Shown: one piece after another, positions 1 to 8,565 of the stretch
How the letters are laid out: every line of letters begins with the position of its first letter
Numbering within the stretch: the first letter of the stretch is position 1
Source of the DNA: Klebsiella phage vB_KM5a1-KLB31
Sequence record: PP582757.1
Strand: one strand, 5' to 3'
Length of the DNA stretch: 64,000 nucleotides
The notes under the pieces: generated by a model
Databases searched by the model: none
What the model was told of the DNA's origin: nothing
The model's input: only the letters and a program-made list of their open reading frames with translations
Translations under genes and position numbers: made by a program

Positions 1-521
1 TTAGGGTCTTTGAATACACCTTTACGGGTGTCCATTTCAGCTTTAAATCCACCACGAGTCATAACACCGCTGAATTCTTTACGGAAGTCAAAGCTATCCA
101 TACCTTTCCATTGGCCTTTATTCTTAGCAAATTCAAGACCTGCAAAGTTAACTGCTTTAGCTAGTTTGTTATCAATTGTCCATTTGCCACCCTTAGGAAC
201 GAAGGTGGGACCTTTCTGCTTAGAGAACAGTTTCAGGTGGACACGACGAAGAGCGGTGTCGGCCTTAACAAAGGCTGGGTCTAAGTTACCCGCAACGTAA
301 TCTTCAATATGAGCAAATTTAAGACCATCGACTTCAATATTTAAATCAGTACGGTTCTGAAGACCTTGCCAAGCGAAAGCTTTAAAGTCGCTTCCTTTGG
401 TGGCCAGATAACGATCAATGGATGCAGTTTTAGAATCAAAACCATTACCGCCATAAGTCCACTCGTCTTTGTTGATACCTTTGATGGCAGATTCAGCTAA
501 AAATTCTTGGTAAGTTTTCAT
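1..521 (-). CDS. Internal protein (ip) with N-terminal capsid-targeting sequence MKTYQEFLAESA; C-terminus runs off the window start (partial)
   Basis: Hand-translated minus-strand ORF starting with ATG at 519-521 and open to position 1 (not in the ORF track because incomplete). The N-terminus matches the T4 IpI/IpII/IpIII CTS, including the LxE protease-cleavage motif. Confidence 0.55.
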   Translation of the reverse strand, partial: MKTYQEFLAESAIKGINKDEWTYGGNGFDSKTASIDRYLATKGSDFKAFAWQGLQNRTDLNIEVDGLKFAHIEDYVAGNLDPAFVKADTALRRVHLKLFSKQKGPTFVPKGGKWTIDNKLAKAVNFAGLEFAKNKGQWKGMDSFDFRKEFSGVMTRGGFKAEMDTRKGVFKDP

Positions 522-560
522 AGAGTATCCTAAATAAGCCATCCTGGCACATTAAAGTCC

Positions 561-1010
561 TTAGAAGTATTTTTTGTATTCAGCCGGCGCTGATGATTTG
601 TCGTACATCTTATCGCCAAGAACAAGACGCAGACCATCGCTATTGAAACGCTTCTTAGATTTCAAGAACGTGTCAGCGTAGTCGATAATAACAGCATTAC
701 TGGAAATCACGTTTTGGATTTTGTATGCATGCATATTTGAAGGATAATCAGGGCGATATTTAGCCATGGTACCCGAAGCGTCTTTAACACCGAGAGAATC
801 ACCGGCATTTAAAGAATAGACTTTTTCACTTGCGGCGGATTTCTTGGCCTGAGACAATACTTTTTTAGAAATCCAAGAATCTTTGGAAGCTTTTGAAGTA
901 CTGTCATACGCAAAATTGTCGATGCCACCCACTAAACCAGGGACAGCAAATTTAGAAAGTTTTACCCACTTATCAGTGGATTCGGCTAAAAATTCTTGGT
1001 AAGTTTTCAT
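561..1010 (-). CDS. Internal protein (ip) family, CTS MKTYQEFLAEST
   Basis: ORF-track protein begins MKTYQEFLAES. This matches the T4 internal-protein capsid-targeting sequence. The gene sits next to denV/e as T4 ipII/ipIII do. Confidence 0.6.
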   Translation of the reverse strand: MKTYQEFLAESTDKWVKLSKFAVPGLVGGIDNFAYDSTSKASKDSWISKKVLSQAKKSAASEKVYSLNAGDSLGVKDASGTMAKYRPDYPSNMHAYKIQNVISSNAVIIDYADTFLKSKKRFNSDGLRLVLGDKMYDKSSAPAEYKKYF

Positions 1011-1018
1011 TTTATTTC

Positions 1019-1438
1019 CTAGTTTTGTGAATATGCCTTACCATAATATTTGTACCACAAAGGCTTTTGAGCAATTTTTTCATCAAGACGTGCCTGAGAC
1101 AACATGATGTCATCCAAAGATGGACGATAATGATTACGAAATTCCTTAGGAATGGCACTGATATCCTGGACAGTAACATCCTTGATATTGAACCCACGTT
1201 TTAAGCATTCGGCAATTAGTTGAGTTTGACGATCAACTAAGTAGTCAAGTTTGTCGTAGAAGAACGTGACATGACCTGTGCCTAACAAGAACTTAGAAGC
1301 AATTTTAAAGTCCTTGAGGCGTTTGCCGTTTTGCACATGCTTACGAACAGCGCCGAATACACGAGGCAGTTCACGATACTCGGCCATGAGATGTTGATCG
1401 GCGAGTTCAGAAACGAGAGTTAAGTTAATACGTGTCAT
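1019..1438 (-). CDS. denV: Endonuclease V (pyrimidine-dimer DNA glycosylase/AP lyase)
   Basis: The protein ([34 protein letters not shown]...[11 protein letters not shown]) is near-identical in pattern to T4 DenV. The true start is taken at the ATG giving MTRINL with a GGAGGA SD; the ORF-track start at 1450 is an upstream alternative start. Confidence 0.9.
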   Translation of the reverse strand: MTRINLTLVSELADQHLMAEYRELPRVFGAVRKHVQNGKRLKDFKIASKFLLGTGHVTFFYDKLDYLVDRQTQLIAECLKRGFNIKDVTVQDISAIPKEFRNHYRPSLDDIMLSQARLDEKIAQKPLWYKYYGKAYSQN

Positions 1439-1463
1439 GATGTCCTCCAAAGTTTAGGAAGAC

Positions 1464-1493
1464 ATCATACCACGGTACTATCCGGTTGTAAAC
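1464..1493 (-). promoter_or_regulatory. T4-type early promoter (-35 GTTTAC, 18-nt spacer, -10 TATGAT) upstream of denV
   Basis: Minus-strand reading GTTTACaaccggatagtaccgtggTATGAT. One of nine occurrences of the same architecture in the window. Confidence 0.55.
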
Positions 1494-1771
1494 TACTTCT
1501 TAGAGTAGTCAGCCATCAGTTTAGCAACATCGCCTAGTTTCTTACCAAACAGGTAATCAACTTCTTTGCCGGCTTTATTAACGATCTGCCATTGGCCGTC
1601 ACCTTTGTTACCGAAAGTGAAATCACCTACTTTAAAAGAAGTGCCATTAACTTTTTTAATTGGAGTGAATTCAAAACCTTCTTTCTTTGCCAAGAAGGTC
1701 ATACGACGAAGAGTATCATCTTCTTCGTTCAGCTGAGTGCTTTCAGCGATAAATTCATTATAGGTTTTCAT
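1493..1771 (-). CDS. Internal protein (ip) family, [15 protein letters not shown] (start taken at the internal Met of track ORF 1493..1804)
   Basis: The internal Met gives an [12 protein letters not shown]-terminus identical in pattern to the other ip genes. It lies between denV and e, as ipIII does in T4. Confidence 0.5.
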   Translation of the reverse strand: MKTYNEFIAESTQLNEEDDTLRRMTFLAKKEGFEFTPIKKVNGTSFKVGDFTFGNKGDGQWQIVNKAGKEVDYLFGKKLGDVAKLMADYSKK

Positions 1772-2255
1772 ATGCTTTCCAAGTTCCTGTTTTAAATGTT
1801 GCAATCACGCGACGAGCACGATTAGGGGTTTGTGTTTTGTACCAACGAGAATCAGCAAGCTCAATCGCTGCGGCGTCCCATTGTTTTGCTTTCAGAAGAC
1901 GCATTCCTTTAGGGAAGCCTGCAACGCCGGCTACGCCCATTTGGAATACCATATTAATTAATGCACAACGACGAACTTCATCAAGTACATCATAAACTGG
2001 TTTCAGGGTAGCATTAGCGAATATGCCTTTACGAGCCTTTTCTACAGAACCGTTAAACAATTCTTCGGCTTCACGTTGTGTAATACGACCATCACATATA
2101 CGACCCATCAATTTATCCAGAGCATCACGAGCGACGTCTTTAGATGGGTTCTTAGTAATCAGCTGGCCTATACCGATGGTCCAAAAGCCTTCGGTGTCTT
2201 TATACAATTCTAATTTGCAACCTTCGTCGATACGAAGCATGCCAAAAATGTCCAT
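1758..2255 (-). CDS. e: Endolysin, T4 lysozyme
   Basis: The 165-aa protein aligns along its full length with T4 lysozyme ([16 protein letters not shown]..., [38 protein letters not shown]). Confidence 0.95.
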   Translation of the reverse strand: MDIFGMLRIDEGCKLELYKDTEGFWTIGIGQLITKNPSKDVARDALDKLMGRICDGRITQREAEELFNGSVEKARKGIFANATLKPVYDVLDEVRRCALINMVFQMGVAGVAGFPKGMRLLKAKQWDAAAIELADSRWYKTQTPNRARRVIATFKTGTWKAYENL

Positions 2256-2286
2256 AGGACCTCCTATCTATTGATAGGAGTATTTA

Positions 2287-2763
2287 TCAGCCTACAGACT
2301 TACTTTCTTTTGGAAACAGTCGTTGCATAACATTGAACAGACTTGGTCCCATTACGTAGTTCCACATGCATGGTTTAATCAATGCAAAACGATCAATTTC
2401 CGGGAAACGTTCGCCTGTTTCAGAGTCTTCATGATATGCCGTACAAACACAATCCTTGAACTGCTCGTGGCGGACAGGGAGCGGATAAAGGAATACATGC
2501 AAATCTTTATTACTGGCATACTTCTGGCGTCCTAGGTCCACCAGGAGTGACGCATCGTAATCAGTGAAACCTGTTTCTTCCCAGCATTCACGGATTGCTG
2601 CACGTAGAGGAGTTTCACCTTCTTCGACATGACCTTTTGGAATGTCCCAACGGGACGGCATTCCTGCACCAAGTCCTGAATTAGTCACACGACCCATAAA
2701 CAGTTCTTTGTCTTCGGTAAAGAACATAATACCTGCTGATACTTCTTTCTTAATTACTGCCAT
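2287..2763 (-). CDS. nudE: Nudix hydrolase
   Basis: Nudix box GHVEEGETPLRAAIRECWEETG. Position after e is as in T4 (e.1/nudE). The start is taken at MAVIKKEV; the longer track ORF adds a hydrophobic extension judged spurious. Confidence 0.85.
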   Translation of the reverse strand: MAVIKKEVSAGIMFFTEDKELFMGRVTNSGLGAGMPSRWDIPKGHVEEGETPLRAAIRECWEETGFTDYDASLLVDLGRQKYASNKDLHVFLYPLPVRHEQFKDCVCTAYHEDSETGERFPEIDRFALIKPCMWNYVMGPSLFNVMQRLFPKESKSVG

Positions 2764-3259
2764 CTCTGCATCCTTTAATGAAGTTATCAAATTCGTCCCG
2801 TTTTGCTTGTTTCTTTTCTCTTGCTCTAAGAACCGGATAATGAATACCATAAGCCACAATACCAGTGAGAAGAGCAAGAGCACCACCTACTAATACAGAG
2901 AAAATTACCCATGGGATAGCGCAAGCTAATGAAACAAAGATTGCTCCTGCAATAGGTAGGCCTTTAGCCATAAAGATAGGCCATAAAATGAAATACACCA
3001 AAAGTGGATAACCAATCCACCCAAGAGAGTGAATGCCTACATCGACATTGCGGTCTATATTATCATACCAATATTCTTTTTCGTTTAGGTCTTTTTCTTT
3101 CTTAGGTTGATATCCAGCCACTTGACACCCCATATTATATTCCTCGATCAGACTTTGTTTTAAGTCTTCAGGACAACCAGTCCAATCAATCCAGTTCTCT
3201 GAACAACCCCAACAGGGGTCATCCAATTGTCGCCAATCAATTTGATGAATGGCCATCAC
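2750..3259 (-). CDS. Hypothetical membrane protein (Cys-rich N-terminal domain, then 3-4 TM helices)
   Basis: ORF with CWGC...C...C in the N-terminal 60 aa followed by long hydrophobic stretches. No recognisable family. Confidence 0.4.
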   Translation of the reverse strand: MMAIHQIDWRQLDDPCWGCSENWIDWTGCPEDLKQSLIEEYNMGCQVAGYQPKKEKDLNEKEYWYDNIDRNVDVGIHSLGWIGYPLLVYFILWPIFMAKGLPIAGAIFVSLACAIPWVIFSVLVGGALALLTGIVAYGIHYPVLRAREKKQAKRDEFDNFIKGCRDGSN

Positions 3260-3960
3260 CAGCCTTCCATCGGGAACTCAAGATAAACCTGAGCGTTCAC
3301 ACGAATTTCGTTGGTAATCTTTTTGACTCGGTCTGTATTACGAGAGACTCGACCGAACCAGCGCCAACCGTTAAGAACAGCTTTCGAACCAGTGTGCCAC
3401 GTTGCATGGTTAAATTCAAGCAAAGTACGGTCTGGGGCTTCCCACTTTTGGAGAGTTCCTTCTTCAATGTGACGAAGTACTTCCGGGTGCCAATGCTTAT
3501 AAATTGTTTTTCCTTCAGGCACTTCAGAGAACTCAGCCACCCCGGTAGCAAAATGAGTAGGACACACATCAGCATTAACAAGCCCAATAATATGTTCAGA
3601 GAGGTAACGAGGGTTATCATAATCGGGCTGTCCTGCTGTAAGGAAATGTTGTCCTGCAGGAATATCAGGACGAGGAACATCATCATGATGATAACCAGGG
3701 ATAGCAGGGTACCAGCCAGGCATCAACATATGGATACGTGTGTCAATTACAACCTGGTCGGTATTCCAATCATCAGGCAAGTTCATGATAAAGCTACGAG
3801 TAATAGGACCACCATTGTCGAAAGCGAAAGCCAATGAACTATTGAAGAACATTGTTTCATTCTTGATTTTATCATTGTCGATACGTCCAGCAAAACTACC
3901 TACTGCACGAGCCTGAGAATCAAAAGTTTTTGGACCGTTCATAATATTTTTCTCATTCAA
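3256..3960 (-). CDS. Hypothetical protein (His/Asp-rich; possible cupin/dioxygenase-like, speculative)
   Basis: 234-aa ORF, translationally coupled to neighbours. HHDD / H..H motifs only; no confident family assignment. Confidence 0.35.
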   Translation of the reverse strand: MNEKNIMNGPKTFDSQARAVGSFAGRIDNDKIKNETMFFNSSLAFAFDNGGPITRSFIMNLPDDWNTDQVVIDTRIHMLMPGWYPAIPGYHHDDVPRPDIPAGQHFLTAGQPDYDNPRYLSEHIIGLVNADVCPTHFATGVAEFSEVPEGKTIYKHWHPEVLRHIEEGTLQKWEAPDRTLLEFNHATWHTGSKAVLNGWRWFGRVSRNTDRVKKITNEIRVNAQVYLEFPMEGW

Positions 3961-4150
3961 GAGTTATCAGACAGATTTCGATTTGACCTGTGGCCATGTT
4001 CACACATTGTACATCATTCAGCCTTAAGCCTACTTGACCTGTATTGGTAATACCGAGTTCAGTTTTCTCACCTTCAACGGTTGTTTCAGTGTAAGTAACA
4101 TCACAGCCTACAAGAGACATTGCAATCAAAATCATAGCTAAAGTTTTCAT
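3953..4150 (-). CDS. Small lipoprotein (signal peptide + lipobox LVGC)
   Basis: MKTLAMILIAMSLVGC: signal peptide with a canonical lipobox Cys. A T4-type early promoter lies immediately upstream. Confidence 0.5.
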   Translation of the reverse strand: MKTLAMILIAMSLVGCDVTYTETTVEGEKTELGITNTGQVGLRLNDVQCVNMATGQIEICLITLE

Positions 4151-4174
4151 TTCATCTCCTTAGTTGGTAGGAAG

Positions 4175-4204
4175 ACTATACCACATCTTCCTACCATTGT
4201 AAAC
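4175..4204 (-). promoter_or_regulatory. T4-type early promoter (GTTTAC-N18-TATAGT) upstream of the lipoprotein gene
   Basis: Minus-strand GTTTACaatggtaggaagatgtggTATAGT. Confidence 0.5.
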
Positions 4205-4647
4205 TATACTCGGGTCACACCACCAGTAAATTTCTTAAGCTCATTTGCAAAACCTAATGCAACTTCGCGTTCACGGGTTTTAGCATTCATCAATTGGGCT
4301 TTAGAGTCTTTACGTTTTTGAAACCATTTCTTAAAAATATTGTTTGAAGCAATAGTACCATCAGACTTCAGACGGTTTTGCCGACGAAGACGTACATAAC
4401 GACACCAACGAGTCCAGAAATAGAACTGCTGGGCAATAACTGCTGCCCAAGTGAAATACCAAACCTGGGCAGAACCTTGGAACCAAGGACCAAAAATACT
4501 TAATCCCCACCAGGTCATCATACCAGTACCAAAAGCATATAGTGCAGATAAAACTACAATACCGAACATAACAAAGTCTTCATCAGACCAGCTTGCATTC
4601 ATCTTCCATAAGTATAGTTGCTTAATAATCATATTATTTTCCTTCAA
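4204..4647 (-). CDS. Hypothetical membrane protein
   Basis: Multiple hydrophobic helices (WWGLSIFGPWF..., FTWAAVIAQQFYFW). Confidence 0.35.
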   Translation of the reverse strand: MKENNMIIKQLYLWKMNASWSDEDFVMFGIVVLSALYAFGTGMMTWWGLSIFGPWFQGSAQVWYFTWAAVIAQQFYFWTRWCRYVRLRRQNRLKSDGTIASNNIFKKWFQKRKDSKAQLMNAKTREREVALGFANELKKFTGGVTRV

Positions 4648-5563
4648 ATGGCAGAATCATGTGCTCGTTTTTCTTAAAGCGGTCGATGTAATCATTTACA
4701 CCCAGAGTCTTATACATATGAACTACTTTGTGGTAGTTTTCCCAAGCGTATTCACGGAACCAACCACTAGTAATCGACGTACAGACCTTCTCTAAGGCCA
4801 TCATGAAAGAATGCTCTGAAGATACATTCTGGAAGTTATTAGGAACCTGGGAACGTTCCAGGGCTAACACACATGTCTCTTCGTAGACACCTGCCAGTTT
4901 AATAGCTTCAGGCAGTGCTTCGAACTTTTCACGGCTTGTCATGACTTCAGAACCGTCCTTCATGTAGAAGGTATAAGCAGGCCGGTCTGCCAGAGCTACA
5001 GCACGGTGGATTGAATCATGGTCTAATGTGTAGATAGTGTCATTAAAGAACGTCGATTTATTCACATCCAGTTTTGGATGATTATAGCTCAACGTTTCCT
5101 TCTGGCGTTCAGTGACAATCAGCTCAAGAGGAGTTGAAAGTTTAACGCCTTTGTTACGAAGGAAACGAATGTGATGCATTGTCTTACGGAAGAACGGATT
5201 GTTCTTTTTGAAACGATGAGAAAGCTTAATAGCCAGGCACATCTCTGGAGTGGCCCAATGGAAGCCTGAAAGATTATCTTTCTTACATTTAAGATCGGCA
5301 TAATTCAAAAGCATCGCATTCGAATTTGTGTTGTAGCCTTCTTTAACGATATATGCTTCAAAGTAAGTCTCGCGACCATTGTGCATACATTTGAAAGCAC
5401 GAACGTCTTCGTTTTCTACTTCGACTTCAGCACCGAACATACGACCTTTGAAAGCTTCCCAATCAGGTTCTTCTGCGATGAAGTCCCAATCTGAATTTTT
5501 AATATCGTCGTAGCCAATCAAACCGTGGTGCTCAAGAGCACGTGAACCGATAACTAACATCAT
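4634..5563 (-). CDS. Hypothetical 309-aa protein; possible minimal nucleotidyltransferase fold (weak)
   Basis: N-terminal IGSRALEHHGLIGYDDIKNSDWDF resembles the hG[GS]...DxD pattern of Pol-beta-like NTases. T4 has no equivalent-size gene here. Driven by an early promoter at ~5585-5622. Confidence 0.3.
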   Translation of the reverse strand: MMLVIGSRALEHHGLIGYDDIKNSDWDFIAEEPDWEAFKGRMFGAEVEVENEDVRAFKCMHNGRETYFEAYIVKEGYNTNSNAMLLNYADLKCKKDNLSGFHWATPEMCLAIKLSHRFKKNNPFFRKTMHHIRFLRNKGVKLSTPLELIVTERQKETLSYNHPKLDVNKSTFFNDTIYTLDHDSIHRAVALADRPAYTFYMKDGSEVMTSREKFEALPEAIKLAGVYEETCVLALERSQVPNNFQNVSSEHSFMMALEKVCTSITSGWFREYAWENYHKVVHMYKTLGVNDYIDRFKKNEHMILPFEGK

Positions 5564-5592
5564 AATATTTTCCTCTCTGTTTGTGTAGGAGT

Positions 5593-5622
5593 ATCATAAC
5601 ATGGTTCCTACACGTTGTAAAC
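5593..5622 (-). promoter_or_regulatory. T4-type early promoter (GTTTAC-N18-TATGAT) embedded in palindrome GTGTAGGAG...TCCTACAC
   Basis: Minus-strand GTTTACaacgtgtaggaaccatgtTATGAT. The flanking 9-bp inverted repeat is shared with the promoter at 9239-9278. Confidence 0.5.
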
Positions 5623-5624
5623 AC

Positions 5625-5894
5625 TTAAATTTCTTGGCAGTACACATTATGAGTATGGATATACTCTTCGGCAGAACCTCGTACAAGAGGTACGATGCAA
5701 CCGTTGACATCCTCATCATATGGATCGATGCCGCAATGGGCATCTTCGAATCTGATGTTGTAATCAGACTTTTTGTACTTGATGTTGAAGATTTCTTCAA
5801 AACGCTTACGAGTGATTTTGTAACACTCTTCATCGCCATTAGGATGATAAATCATGTTTACCTCAACACCGATAAGATGAAGAAGCCCAGCCAT
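5625..5894 (-). CDS. Hypothetical protein
   Basis: 89-aa ORF in the early operon; no recognisable family. Confidence 0.3.
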   Translation of the reverse strand: MAGLLHLIGVEVNMIYHPNGDEECYKITRKRFEEIFNIKYKKSDYNIRFEDAHCGIDPYDEDVNGCIVPLVRGSAEEYIHTHNVYCQEI

Positions 5895-6105
5895 TTACGG
5901 CGATACTGTTCCCATCGACACGAATACCGTTATGGAAATCAATACCACTACGGTCTGTGAAGTACATAGTTACATCTTCACGTTCTTCGGCGACGATTTG
6001 GAATAGGTTTTCTAATGCTGCCTGAGCAGTACGAACAGCGCAATCTAATTCACGACGAGACATTTTGATTCCTTCTACACATTTGGATGAAAGCATCGAG
6101 TTCAT
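5863..6105 (-). CDS. Small protein, paralog family member (C-terminal ...GWASSSYRC)
   Basis: Shares the C-terminal W-x-SSS-x-x-C tail with four downstream tandem ORFs. Confidence 0.4.
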   Translation of the reverse strand: MNSMLSSKCVEGIKMSRRELDCAVRTAQAALENLFQIVAEEREDVTMYFTDRSGIDFHNGIRVDGNSIAVNGWASSSYRC

Positions 6106-6340
6106 ACATTTTAAATTCAGGTGAATCGACGCTGATAATTTTAGTCCATAAACAACGTATTGGGTCCCAACTCATATCAGGCCAAGTAAACGGGTCTGGT
6201 TGTTGTCGATGATACACAGCTACAGCACGCCTGATATAATCGGTTCCATAAATCGAATGAGCTACATGCGATAATGCTATACATGTTGTCCCATCGAGTC
6301 CATCTACTTCAAGATAGCCATCGACAATACGAAGTTTCAT
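6050..6340 (-). CDS. Hypothetical protein
   Basis: 96-aa ORF overlapping neighbours by a few codons, as is typical of T4 early operons. Confidence 0.3.
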   Translation of the reverse strand: MKLRIVDGYLEVDGLDGTTCIALSHVAHSIYGTDYIRRAVAVYHRQQPDPFTWPDMSWDPIRCLWTKIISVDSPEFKMYELDAFIQMCRRNQNVSS

Positions 6341-6369
6341 TTTCTACTCCTTTCTAAACAAGTACGGGT

Positions 6370-6399
6370 ATCTTATCACTAAGACACCCGTTTGTAAAC
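6370..6399 (-). promoter_or_regulatory. T4-type early promoter (GTTTAC-N18-TAAGAT)
   Basis: Minus-strand GTTTACaaacgggtgtcttagtgaTAAGAT. Confidence 0.45.
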
Positions 6400-6402
6400 T
6401 GC

Positions 6403-6645
6403 TTAGCAACTCTGCATAGAAGAACTATACCAGAAGCCTTGGTCGTGAGGCAAGTAGTTCTCATCACGAATCCATTTGTAGTCCTCGAATTCACTAGAAC
6501 TCACAGGAATGTATTCTTCATTACCGACAGTGAAGATTTCACCTGTAGCGTCGGCTATGTCTACGCCTTTACTGATAAGGTCACGAATGGCCTTTTCAAC
6601 ATTAGCTACAGTTTCAATTTTAATAGTCATATGTTTCCTTAGCAA
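6403..6645 (-). CDS. Small protein, paralog family member (C-terminal ...GFWYSSSMQSC)
   Basis: Conserved C-terminal tail motif shared with 5863..6105, 6639..6869, 6879..7163 and 7157..7477. Confidence 0.4.
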   Translation of the reverse strand: MLRKHMTIKIETVANVEKAIRDLISKGVDIADATGEIFTVGNEEYIPVSSSEFEDYKWIRDENYLPHDQGFWYSSSMQSC

Positions 6646-6869
6646 GAAGAAGGTTGCCAGATGGAGCCATCGGCTTCAACATTGAATTCACGACCAGTTT
6701 CTTCGCCATAACAAGAAGAGTTATTCCAGTCATCAAAACGCATGCTACCATCAGAGGTATCAAATTCAAAACCAAAAGAATCGGCTGCTGCGAGTTCGCT
6801 TACTTTGTTAAACAGAACGGCCAGTTCTTTAGCCGCTTGTTCGAGTTCAATATTACCAGATACAGACAT
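6639..6869 (-). CDS. Small protein, paralog family member (C-terminal ...GSIWQPSSC)
   Basis: Conserved C-terminal tail motif; acidic. Confidence 0.4.
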   Translation of the reverse strand: MSVSGNIELEQAAKELAVLFNKVSELAAADSFGFEFDTSDGSMRFDDWNNSSCYGEETGREFNVEADGSIWQPSSC

Positions 6870-6878
6870 AATAATTCC

Positions 6879-7163
6879 TTAACATTCCATAGAAGAAGAT
6901 ACCCAGCCACCAGATTCGAGGCTAGTATAATATGAGTGTTGATTAACGACAGCCCAATTAGGATGCCCCATTTCGGTTTCACGTTCAAGGTCTTTTTTCA
7001 AAGCACCAGGCGAATAATATGTTCCACCCATACCATACGCTGGTGACATTTCAAAACTTAGACCATATTTGTCGGCTACTTTCTTTGCATGGTTAATAGC
7101 TTCGCAAATGGCTGCCTCGGCAGCAGCCATAGCCAGTTCGGGTTTATGTTTAGACATTAACAC
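6879..7163 (-). CDS. Small protein, paralog family member (C-terminal ...GGWVSSSMEC)
   Basis: Shares KYG[LI]S...YG.G.TYY and the C-terminal tail with 7157..7477. Confidence 0.4.
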   Translation of the reverse strand: MLMSKHKPELAMAAAEAAICEAINHAKKVADKYGLSFEMSPAYGMGGTYYSPGALKKDLERETEMGHPNWAVVNQHSYYTSLESGGWVSSSMEC

Positions 7164-7477
7164 ATCTCGCTTGAAGAAATCCAGACGCCTTCAGTAAGAT
7201 TACCATTACCATCAAGGTCGTAACCATTACATGAACAAGCATATTCAATATAATATTCAGATGCATTACTGCCTTTAGGATAATAGGTTTCGCCATTACC
7301 GTAATCGCCACGGCTCATAGAGATGCCGTATTTGTCCATCAGTTGTTCGGCACGTGCCTCATCAACCGGTTCAAGCAGAGCTTCAATGGCCTTACGAGCA
7401 GAAGCGGCATCAGTTACCAGAGGAATACGGGTTTCGATTACTTCCATTGCTTCAGCTTTGTTTTTAGGATTTTTCAT
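7157..7477 (-). CDS. Small protein, paralog family member (C-terminal ...GVWISSSEMC)
   Basis: Shares internal motifs and the C-terminal tail with 6879..7163. Confidence 0.4.
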   Translation of the reverse strand: MKNPKNKAEAMEVIETRIPLVTDAASARKAIEALLEPVDEARAEQLMDKYGISMSRGDYGNGETYYPKGSNASEYYIEYACSCNGYDLDGNGNLTEGVWISSSEMC

Positions 7478-7869
7478 TTTCTTCTCACATTTCGAATAAA
7501 AAGTTCAGTGGATTTACGCTCATTCACAAGGTCGCGAGCAGCACGTTCGGCAGTCCATTCTTTAAGATGTTTCTTCCACGGCAAATATTCTTTAAAGAAA
7601 TATTGCACACGTTCACATTGATAGGTCATATACCAAGTTAATGGAAACCCACAAATCAAATACTTCGTTACTTCAATAACCCAGGGAGCTACTTCATCTT
7701 TCATGCCTTTGTCAAAAATAATCATATCACTAAAACATGCAGCAAGTGCTAATGTGGCAGAGACCAATGCTGCAATTAGCATAGAGCCAAATTTGTCTAA
7801 GTTACGACGGAACATTGGTTTCATTTTATAACTCATTATTGGCCTCTGCTTTCTGGCGTGCTTTAACAT
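7474..7869 (-). CDS. Hypothetical membrane protein
   Basis: Hydrophobic helix GSMLIAALVSATLALAACF plus further amphipathic segments. Confidence 0.35.
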   Translation of the reverse strand: MLKHARKQRPIMSYKMKPMFRRNLDKFGSMLIAALVSATLALAACFSDMIIFDKGMKDEVAPWVIEVTKYLICGFPLTWYMTYQCERVQYFFKEYLPWKKHLKEWTAERAARDLVNERKSTELFIRNVRRK

Positions 7870-8536
7870 TTGTGCGACATTGCTCTACGAAGTCAAGAAC
7901 AATAACAGATTTATCTTGATTGCGAACATTTTCAGCATGAAAATATTGGTCAATCTTAGGGAACCAATATTCTTTTAAAGACTTGTTCCGATCATCAGAA
8001 TAACCAAGTTTACCTACTTTTGTATGATACGAGCTAACAATAATGCCAAATGGCTTCTTATTATAAGTGAGCTCAATATGATAAAGGTCATCACGACAAT
8101 TATTGAAATCACGTACTGATTTCTTCAATGATGTCCAGTGGTCTGCTTTATCATTAAATGCAAAGATTGAATATTCAAGTGACTTGATATCAACAATCTT
8201 TAATGAACCCTGTGAATCAAGTTCGGCAAAAAATTTCGTGATATTAGCGATATCATCAATAACAAATCCGGCGACTAATGCGGCCTTATAATCATCACGA
8301 TATGCAGAAAAGCGATGAAGTTTCCAATCAGAATCCGAACAACTTCCACCACACGGATATTTCGCTGCTGCCTGAACGACTTCAATAGGCACACGGGTTT
8401 GCATAGCAAATTGCTGAATCATATCCCGTTTTGAACCACTTAAACTACGTGTGATATCAATAACATTATCGGTGTAATCTCCGACTGGCATTTTAGGTTT
8501 AGTTTCGTAGCCGCCATCACCTTCATAGAAACTCAT
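7826..8536 (-). CDS. Hypothetical protein (236 aa)
   Basis: Long ORF with good coding appearance; no recognisable family. Confidence 0.35.
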   Translation of the reverse strand: MSFYEGDGGYETKPKMPVGDYTDNVIDITRSLSGSKRDMIQQFAMQTRVPIEVVQAAAKYPCGGSCSDSDWKLHRFSAYRDDYKAALVAGFVIDDIANITKFFAELDSQGSLKIVDIKSLEYSIFAFNDKADHWTSLKKSVRDFNNCRDDLYHIELTYNKKPFGIIVSSYHTKVGKLGYSDDRNKSLKEYWFPKIDQYFHAENVRNQDKSVIVLDFVEQCRTNVKARQKAEANNEL

Positions 8537-8565
8537 AATATTTTCCTCAAGAAGTTAATCTTAGT

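Noticed and set aside
10-300. 96-aa plus-strand ORF
   Set aside because: Antisense to the CTS-bearing ip gene that I translated across 1..521; no RBS.
2764-2886. N-terminal 41-aa extension of the nudE ORF (hydrophobic MVLLLFSLVLWLMVFIIRF...)
   Set aside because: T4 NudE is ~150 aa and starts near the Nudix fold; the extension overlaps the upstream gene. The start is therefore placed at MAVIKKEV.
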